From NCBI GenBank assembly GCA_964638145.1, contig CAZXAK010000019.1:1117-65116 (forward strand): a DNA stretch of 64,000 nucleotides, given 5' to 3'. A program made the position numbers and the translations under genes. Positions 58,277 through 64,000 of this stretch are shown in pieces (position 1 is the stretch's first letter; each line of letters starts with the position of its first letter). Source of the DNA: an uncultured Desulfobacterales bacterium (GTDB lineage Bacteria; Desulfobacterota; Dissulfuribacteria; Dissulfuribacterales; QOAL01). The notes beneath the pieces are model-generated. The model was not told the DNA's origin. It saw nothing but the letters and a program-made list of their open reading frames with translations, and did no database searches.

Positions 58277-59218
58277 TCATACCCAGACCTTCTCGGTCCT
58301 GATCCTGTTGCCTGCCCTGGCCTGTTCAGGAGGCCTGGCCACAGCCACAAGCTCTTCCCCCGCATCTCCCATAGTTACGAGACGTACAAGAGGGGAGCAA
58401 AGCACTGACTGCGCCATCCTGTCTGAACGCAGGGCCTGCAGAAATCTGGAGCAATCCATTCCCTGTCCGAGTCTCAGCCTCCTGGCATCTTCCGGGTCTA
58501 TACCCACAGCAGGAATATGGGAAAGGGCCTCAGAGACCCCGAGGATAAATGTCTCATACCCTCCCTTGCGCACAGCATCCCTCAAACCGTCAAGGGTGAT
58601 GGCCCTTTCAAGGGTAAGGTCACCACACCTCGTGCGGCGCAGCTCTGTCAAATAGGCACCGCAGCCCAGTCTCTGTCCCAGATCATGACACAGGGAACGG
58701 ATATATGTCCCGGATGAGCAGATGATACTGAACCCTATATCCGGTATACCTGCATCGTGTACAGCAAACTCCCTGACCTCAATCTCCTTGGGCTCCTTGT
58801 GAACCACCTGTCCCTTTCGGGCCAATTTGTACAGGGGTACCCCCCTGTACTTTGCCGCCGAAAATGGGGGCGGGGACTGCAGCAAGCTCCCAGTGAACTC
58901 CTTTGCCGCCGTTTCCACATCCTCAATGCATAGCCCATCAGGCAGGGGGCGTTGCTCAGTTATCCTTCCCTCAGCGTCGTATGTGTCTGTAGCAGCCCCA
59001 AGCCTCATTACACCCTGATACTGTTTGAGACCATACATGATGAAACGCGATATCCTGGTCGCCCTGCCCAAACAGATCACAAGAAGCCCCGTGGCCATGG
59101 GATCAAGGGTTCCGGCATGTCCTGCCTTTTTAACTCCAAGGATGCGTGACACAGCCCTTACCGTCTTGAACGAGGAGAGACCTGCCGGCTTGTCAATCAG
59201 CAGGACCCCGTCATGCAT
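58277..59218 (-). CDS. truB: tRNA pseudouridine(55) synthase
   Basis: ATG 59218 (MHDGVLLIDKPAGLSSF) is preferred. Catalytic motif GHAGTLDPMATG. The ORF-track start at 59248 is also possible. Confidence 0.9.
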   Translation of the reverse strand: MHDGVLLIDKPAGLSSFKTVRAVSRILGVKKAGHAGTLDPMATGLLVICLGRATRISRFIMYGLKQYQGVMRLGAATDTYDAEGRITEQRPLPDGLCIEDVETAAKEFTGSLLQSPPPFSAAKYRGVPLYKLARKGQVVHKEPKEIEVREFAVHDAGIPDIGFSIICSSGTYIRSLCHDLGQRLGCGAYLTELRRTRCGDLTLERAITLDGLRDAVRKGGYETFILGVSEALSHIPAVGIDPEDARRLRLGQGMDCSRFLQALRSDRMAQSVLCSPLVRLVTMGDAGEELVAVARPPEQARAGNRIRTEKVWV

Positions 59219-60254
59219 CTGTCCTGTCTCCTGTTTCATGCGCCTCAAGCAGGGGAGCGATTATGTCAAGCAGCCTGGAACGCCACTGTTCAGCACTGCC
59301 AGGCTGTCTGAAACCTGCGGCGTGGAAGTGTCCCCCTCCACCAAGCCCCTTTGCCACCTCTGCAACATTGAACCACGAACGGGAACGCATGCTCACTGAA
59401 ACCTGTCCTGCCCTTACCTCTTTTATAAAGGCAGACACCTCAACACCGTCAATACACCTGGCATATCTCACGAAATCATCGGTATCCTGCACTGTGCCAC
59501 CGGTCTGCTCGAGCATGGCAGGGGTGACATGGATCAGGGCCACTTTGCCGTCAAGCTCAAGTGAGAGTGTGCGCAGGGCACGACTCAGAAGCGCAAGCTT
59601 TCTGTAAGGCACTCTCTCATAGAGCATGTCTGATATCATGTAGGGGTCTGCCCCATACTCCACAAGCCTTGCAGCCATCCTGAAGGCAAGGGAGGTGGTA
59701 TTGCTATGTCTGAAGCAGCCGGTATCGGTCAGTATGGCTGCATAAAAATTTGTCGCTATCTCAGGGGACACATGCCAGCCAAGTTGTTCCACAATGGCAA
59801 AACAGATGGCGGCTGTAGCAAAGATATCAGGGTTGATATACTGAACACAGTGCATCCCTGCCTTGTCCTGCATGTTGCCACACATGTCCTGCCCGAGATG
59901 ATGGTCGATCACTATCAGTCTGTGGGCCTGGTCTACCAGCTCCTGGCCATGCCTTCCAATCCGGTCTGCCTCACTGCAGTCAAGCACCACAAGGGCGGCT
60001 CCTGCTGGAAACGGCCTTGGTGGTTCATGAACCAGCTTCTCAAAGCCAGGGAGGAAGCTCAAGGTCTGATTGGGCTCGTCCTGGCAGTAACAGATCACCT
60101 CCTTGCCCACAGACTCCAGTGCCTCCCCAAGCCCCAGCATGGAGCCTATGGCATCCCCGTCAGGCCTTACATGACAGGTGAGCACCAGCCTTTCCGGCAC
60201 CACCAATGCAGAGGCAACCTGTTTCAGCAGGTCAGGAGACTTGAGCTCAAACAT
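59211..60254 (-). CDS. nrnA: DHH/DHHA1 phosphoesterase (NrnA-like)
   Basis: ATG 60254 (MFELKSPDLL). Motifs HVRPDGDAIGS, IDHH and GGGGHFHAAG. Canonical position between rbfA and truB. Confidence 0.8.
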   Translation of the reverse strand: MFELKSPDLLKQVASALVVPERLVLTCHVRPDGDAIGSMLGLGEALESVGKEVICYCQDEPNQTLSFLPGFEKLVHEPPRPFPAGAALVVLDCSEADRIGRHGQELVDQAHRLIVIDHHLGQDMCGNMQDKAGMHCVQYINPDIFATAAICFAIVEQLGWHVSPEIATNFYAAILTDTGCFRHSNTTSLAFRMAARLVEYGADPYMISDMLYERVPYRKLALLSRALRTLSLELDGKVALIHVTPAMLEQTGGTVQDTDDFVRYARCIDGVEVSAFIKEVRAGQVSVSMRSRSWFNVAEVAKGLGGGGHFHAAGFRQPGSAEQWRSRLLDIIAPLLEAHETGDRTDA

Positions 60255-60609
60255 CAGCCAGGAGCCTCTCAATCTCTTCCTGGGCATCAAGGGAACGGTC
60301 AAGCCGGAACCTCAAGTCAGGCATCTTTCTGATCTTGATCCTGCGGCCAAGCACTGTCCTTATGAACCCCCTGGCACGCCTTAGGCTGTGCATGGTGGAT
60401 TCCTTCTCATCATCACTTCCCAGCACAGAGACCCAGAGGGTGGCGTAATGTAGGTCACGGGTAAGCTCCACATTCACCAGGGTCACAACCCCCTGAATAC
60501 CAGGGTCCTTGAGCTCATTGGATATTATGGAGGCCACCTCCTCCTTGATGAGGTCAGCTACCCTTGCAGAACGTGGATAATACTCAGGCATACTCTTTCT
60601 CCATGACAT
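60247..60609 (-). CDS. rbfA: ribosome-binding factor A
   Basis: 120 aa. RVADLIKEEVASII ... VTLVNVELTRDLHYATLWVS. Confidence 0.9.
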   Translation of the reverse strand: MSWRKSMPEYYPRSARVADLIKEEVASIISNELKDPGIQGVVTLVNVELTRDLHYATLWVSVLGSDDEKESTMHSLRRARGFIRTVLGRRIKIRKMPDLRFRLDRSLDAQEEIERLLADV

Positions 60610-60636
60610 GGATGAGACAATACAAACACATGCGGC

Positions 60637-60939
60637 CTACAGCATCCCGGTCCCGAGGTGTATAAGTTCCATGTCACACTCTCCTACCTCGGCCGGCGTG
60701 GTACGTTCCACAAAATCCATAACCTTGTCAAGGACAGAATTTATAAATGGCTCACTGTTGCCCACTGCGGCAATGCCAAGCTCTGCCTCCTGCCACACAT
60801 CATTCAGGGCCACCTCTGCCACAGAGACATTGAATCTGTTTCTCACCTGTGCCATTAGGCTCTTTATGACCTTTCGCTTGCCCTTGAGTGAATGATTCCC
60901 TGCAAGCCTAAGTCTGAATCTCACTGTTCCAACTATCAT
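60637..60939 (-). CDS. DUF503 (YlxP-like) protein
   Basis: 100 aa. MIVGTVRFRLRLAGNHSLKGKRKVIKSL. Typical location between infB and rbfA. Confidence 0.8.
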   Translation of the reverse strand: MIVGTVRFRLRLAGNHSLKGKRKVIKSLMAQVRNRFNVSVAEVALNDVWQEAELGIAAVGNSEPFINSVLDKVMDFVERTTPAEVGECDMELIHLGTGML

Positions 60940-60989
60940 TAGTGAGGCAGCCCTCTTGTGGATTCCGGACAGACAGTTTTGCTACATGT

Positions 60990-61154
60990 CATGTTACAAT
61001 ACACCTATACAGCCAATGGCGTTTTTATCATGTATTTAAAACTCATCAGTTGAAACGATTTGTTAATGATATATTTGCTCACAGTCAAAACCATGAGATA
61101 AAACGCCATCAGCCCCTGTCAATTGTTTCCGCATTTCAGGTGTTCGCTCATATG
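60990..61154. mobile_element. MITE-like element, family 1 (copy C)
   Basis: 165 bp, collinear with the reverse complement of 28800-28964. Ends catgttacaatacacct / caggtgttcgctcatatg. Lies between infB and the DUF503 gene. Confidence 0.8.
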
Positions 61155-61173
61155 TATATCAGGCAGCAGGAAT

Positions 61174-63999
61174 TCACTCGCCGTTCTTATCCCCTGCCTC
61201 TTTCTGGTCAGCCACAGATACGCCAAGATCAGGGGTCATCTCTTCCATCTCGTACGCCTCGATCACATCCCCTACCTTTATGTCGTTGAACTTGTCAAAA
61301 CCGATACCGCACTCGTATCCTGCCTGGACCTCCTTTACATCGTCCTTGAAGCGTTTGAGAGAGGCGATCTTGCCCTTGTAGACCACCACGTTGTCCCTGA
61401 GGAGCCTTGCCTCTGCATTTCTTCTGATCACACCGTCGATCACCTTGCAGCCTGCGATGGTGCCTACCTTGCTGATATGGAATGTCTCGCGCACCTCGGC
61501 ACGGCCCAGGTCAACCTCGCGGTAAACAGGCTCAAGCATACCCACCATGGCGGCCTTTATCTCGTCTATGGCATGGTAGATTACGTCGTAGAAGCGGATC
61601 TCCACGCCCTCCTGTTCAGCAAGGGCCTTTGCCTTGGGAACGGGCTTCACGTTGAAACCAAGGATAATGGCATGGGAGGCCGCGGCAAGGAGCACGTCTG
61701 ATTCGGTAATGGCACCGATTCCTCCCCTGACCACGTCCAGCCGTATCTTGTCGGTAGCAAGTTTCTTGAGGGAGTCTGTTATTGCCTCAAGGGAACCCTG
61801 CACATCGGCCTTGAGAACGATGTTAAATACCTTGAGCTTGTCCTGCTCCATCTTCTGGAACATGTTCTCAAGGCTAACTCCTGTACCCTTGACCAGTTCG
61901 GCCTCGCGGCTCTTGCGCTGACGGTACTCCGCCACCTCCCTGGCCTTCTTCTCGTCCTCAAGGACTATGAACTCGCTGCCTGGTTCAGGCACACCGGAGA
62001 GCCCCTGTATCTCAACAGGCGTGGCAGGCCCCGCCTCCCTGATCTGCTCCCCATGATCGTTCATCATGGCCCGCACCTTGCCGTGATACAGACCTGCGAC
62101 CATTGCCTCGCCTACACGAAGGGTGCCTTCCTCCACCAGCAGGGTGGCAACAGGCCCACGTCCCCTGTCGAGCCTGGATTCAATGACATGCCCCCTGGCC
62201 CGGCGTGTTGGATCGGCCTTGAGCTCCAGCACCTCGGCCTGAAGCACCATCATGTCAAGGAGTTCGTCTATCCCTGTACCCTGCTTGGCAGAGACATTTA
62301 CAAATATGGTATCACCACCCCAGTCTTCCGGGACCAGACCAAGTTCCGCAAGCTCGCGCTTTACCCTGTCAGGCTCTGCGCCAGGCTTGTCAATCTTGTT
62401 TACTGCCACGATGATTGGCACGCCGGCTGCCCTGGAATGGTCAATGGCCTCTCTCGTCTGGGCCATGACACCGTCATCAGCAGCCACCACAAGGACAACT
62501 ATGTCTGTTATGCTTGCCCCCCTGGCCCTCATGGAGGTGAATGCCTCATGGCCTGGCGTATCGAGGAATACCACATCATTGCCAGAGGCAAGTTTTACGC
62601 GGTATGCCCCGATATGCTGTGTAATGCCGCCTGCCTCTTTGGCAGCGACGTCTGCCCTGCGAATGGCATCGAGCAGAGAGGTCTTGCCGTGGTCAACATG
62701 GCCCATGACCGTAATGACAGGGGGCCTCGGCTCCTCTACTCCGCCTCCCTTGTCATCTTCCATCTGAACCAGGTCTTCGGCAACGGCCTTTTTCTCGATC
62801 TCATAACCAAACTCGTCGGCAATAAGGGCCGCTGTCTCATAATCAATGGACTGGTTGGCAGTGACCATAACACCCAAAGTCATGAGCTTCATTATGATAT
62901 CACTCACCTTCACACCCATCTTCTTTGCCATCTCCACAGGCTGAATCGTCTCATAAATGGCGAACTTGCGTTTTTCAGCCTTGATGGGTGCCGTCCCCTG
63001 GGGCTGGGAATGCTGCTTCCCCTTGCCGCCCTTCTTGCCCTTGATCACGCCCTCTTCCTCTGCGAGGATGCGGTCAATGGACTTGTGCTTGCCCCAGCGC
63101 TGCTTGACACTCTTGTGACGCTTTCCACCGCCAAGCTCACTGCCCTGTACAACACGTTTACCTTTCTTGCGGCCCTTACCGCCCTTGGGCATACCTGAAG
63201 CGGCCTCCACTGCAGATCCGATCGAAGGCGGACCTCCTGCAGGACGCTGTCCACCACCGCCTTTCTTGGCACGATCCTGTTTGGGCCTAGTTTGACGCAC
63301 AGGCTTGGCGGTCTTCGACAGGTCTATCTTCACCCTGTCCACAATCTTCACAAACTGCTTTGGTTTTTTCTTGGCCTCAGGCCTTGGTGCCTCCTTACCC
63401 TTGGCCTTCTCTGGCCCTGCCGGCCTGTTCTCCTTCTTTCTCTTATCCTGAGCAGAGGGCTGCTTGTCCGTCTTCTCCTCTCGCTTGGCAGGACGTGCCT
63501 TTCCTTTGTCCACCGGGGGTTCTTCTGCCTGTTCCTTTGAAGGCCCCTCTTCAGGTCCATGCACAGGGGGCTGCTCCTCAGCAGGAGCACCCTTACCCCT
63601 GGCCTCAACACTCTCCGCCTCTGTCTGCACCTTCTCTGTCACCTCAGGAGGCCCTGCATCAACCTCACCTTGGGATTCCGGCACTGCCTTCTTCTCCACA
63701 GCCTCTGCTGGCTGCTCGCCTTCAGCCTTCATCTCTTCTTGCTGGGGAGCCTCTTTGGCAGGCTCTTCTGCCGGCCCCTTTTCCTCCTCAAGGCCCTGGA
63801 CCTCTTGCTCTTCTGCCTTTACTTCCTCTGACGGGGATTCCGGCTGCTCCTCAGGCGTGACTGCCTCCTTCTGAGGGGATTCACCTGCCCTTTCATCAGC
63901 CTCTGCCTTGGATTCCTCTGAAACAGCCTCTTGGGCAACGGGGGGGATTGCAGATTCCTCTTGCTCTTTGGGTGCCTTTTCTTCCTGGCCTTTTTCCAC
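61174..63999 (-). CDS. infB: translation initiation factor IF-2 (5' end probably beyond window edge)
   Basis: At least 941 aa. Low-complexity E/K/P/A-rich N-terminus, a G-domain ([21 protein letters not shown]), and a C-terminal beta-barrel domain. The ORF is still open at position 63999. Confidence 0.95.
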   Translation of the reverse strand: MEKGQEEKAPKEQEESAIPPVAQEAVSEESKAEADERAGESPQKEAVTPEEQPESPSEEVKAEEQEVQGLEEEKGPAEEPAKEAPQQEEMKAEGEQPAEAVEKKAVPESQGEVDAGPPEVTEKVQTEAESVEARGKGAPAEEQPPVHGPEEGPSKEQAEEPPVDKGKARPAKREEKTDKQPSAQDKRKKENRPAGPEKAKGKEAPRPEAKKKPKQFVKIVDRVKIDLSKTAKPVRQTRPKQDRAKKGGGGQRPAGGPPSIGSAVEAASGMPKGGKGRKKGKRVVQGSELGGGKRHKSVKQRWGKHKSIDRILAEEEGVIKGKKGGKGKQHSQPQGTAPIKAEKRKFAIYETIQPVEMAKKMGVKVSDIIMKLMTLGVMVTANQSIDYETAALIADEFGYEIEKKAVAEDLVQMEDDKGGGVEEPRPPVITVMGHVDHGKTSLLDAIRRADVAAKEAGGITQHIGAYRVKLASGNDVVFLDTPGHEAFTSMRARGASITDIVVLVVAADDGVMAQTREAIDHSRAAGVPIIVAVNKIDKPGAEPDRVKRELAELGLVPEDWGGDTIFVNVSAKQGTGIDELLDMMVLQAEVLELKADPTRRARGHVIESRLDRGRGPVATLLVEEGTLRVGEAMVAGLYHGKVRAMMNDHGEQIREAGPATPVEIQGLSGVPEPGSEFIVLEDEKKAREVAEYRQRKSREAELVKGTGVSLENMFQKMEQDKLKVFNIVLKADVQGSLEAITDSLKKLATDKIRLDVVRGGIGAITESDVLLAAASHAIILGFNVKPVPKAKALAEQEGVEIRFYDVIYHAIDEIKAAMVGMLEPVYREVDLGRAEVRETFHISKVGTIAGCKVIDGVIRRNAEARLLRDNVVVYKGKIASLKRFKDDVKEVQAGYECGIGFDKFNDIKVGDVIEAYEMEEMTPDLGVSVADQKEAGDKNGE

Positions 64000-64000
64000 A

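Noticed and set aside
3026-61154. Whether the recurring intergenic repeats could be a CRISPR array or REP-type tandem cluster.
   Set aside because: The copies are dispersed singly over the whole window, in both orientations and without regular spacers. They have terminal inverted repeats and flanking direct repeats, which fits MITEs and not CRISPR.
62053-63860. A 381-aa plus-strand ORF and several Pro/Leu-rich plus-strand ORFs opposite infB.
   Set aside because: They are antisense to IF-2. The low-complexity, GC-rich N-terminal coding region keeps multiple frames open.
63300-63999. The highly repetitive E/K/P/A-rich 5' part of infB, considered as a possible hypervariable or repeat-protein feature.
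   Set aside because: Low-complexity, charged N-terminal domains are a normal feature of bacterial IF-2.

Overview
The window is a gene-dense 64-kb chromosomal segment with about 57 protein genes, one tRNA, no rRNA, no CRISPR array and no transposase or integrase gene. Gene content suggests an anaerobic, selenium-using Desulfobacterota/Deltaproteobacteria-like bacterium, but this is inference only.

Gene order, left to right:
- A Lol/MacB-like ABC export cluster with a LolA-like protein and a putative outer-membrane barrel (16-5175, minus strand).
- A GGGtGRT plus NifU-like pair, then glgX.
- A DUF4136 lipoprotein and a membrane-anchored collagen-like protein.
- A DHH-like protein, a DJ-1 family protein, rpoH and a TPR protein.
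- An A/V-type ATPase operon (subunits H, C, I, K, F, E, A) that stops after subunit A and has no B or D.
- ispA-dxs, a YkgJ-type Cys-cluster protein and an orphan sigma-54 promoter/terminator unit.
- Membrane proteins: marC, an mscK-like channel, comEA, and a membrane sensor with a Cys4 tail.
- tRNA-Leu(UAA).
- A tightly coupled ftsK / U32 peptidase / yedF / APC permease string.
- An M20 amidohydrolase / GCS2 ligase / GGT cluster.
- A cooC-like gene overlapping folE2.
- rfbA-C-D-B, thiD and a Gfo/Idh/MocA oxidoreductase.
- dut, an M16 peptidase, and the pnp-rpsO-truB-nrnA-rbfA-DUF503-infB block (infB runs off the right edge).

Main second-look items:
1. A SelW/Rdx-type selenoprotein gene with an in-frame TGA (53409-53627). 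The ORF track cannot show it.
2. Two families of MITE-like inverted-repeat elements, with flanking direct repeats. They fill intergenic gaps and supply or overlap gene termini.
3. The ATPase operon lacking B and D, which ends at a truncated MITE.
4. A consensus sigma-54 promoter driving a roughly 330-nt unit with a tiny Cys-rich ORF, a CU-rich tract and an intrinsic terminator.
5. Several uncharacterised gene pairings: GGGtGRT with NifU-like, cooC-like with folE2, and yedF with an APC permease.

All functional calls rest on motifs I recognise in the translations. No database search was possible.
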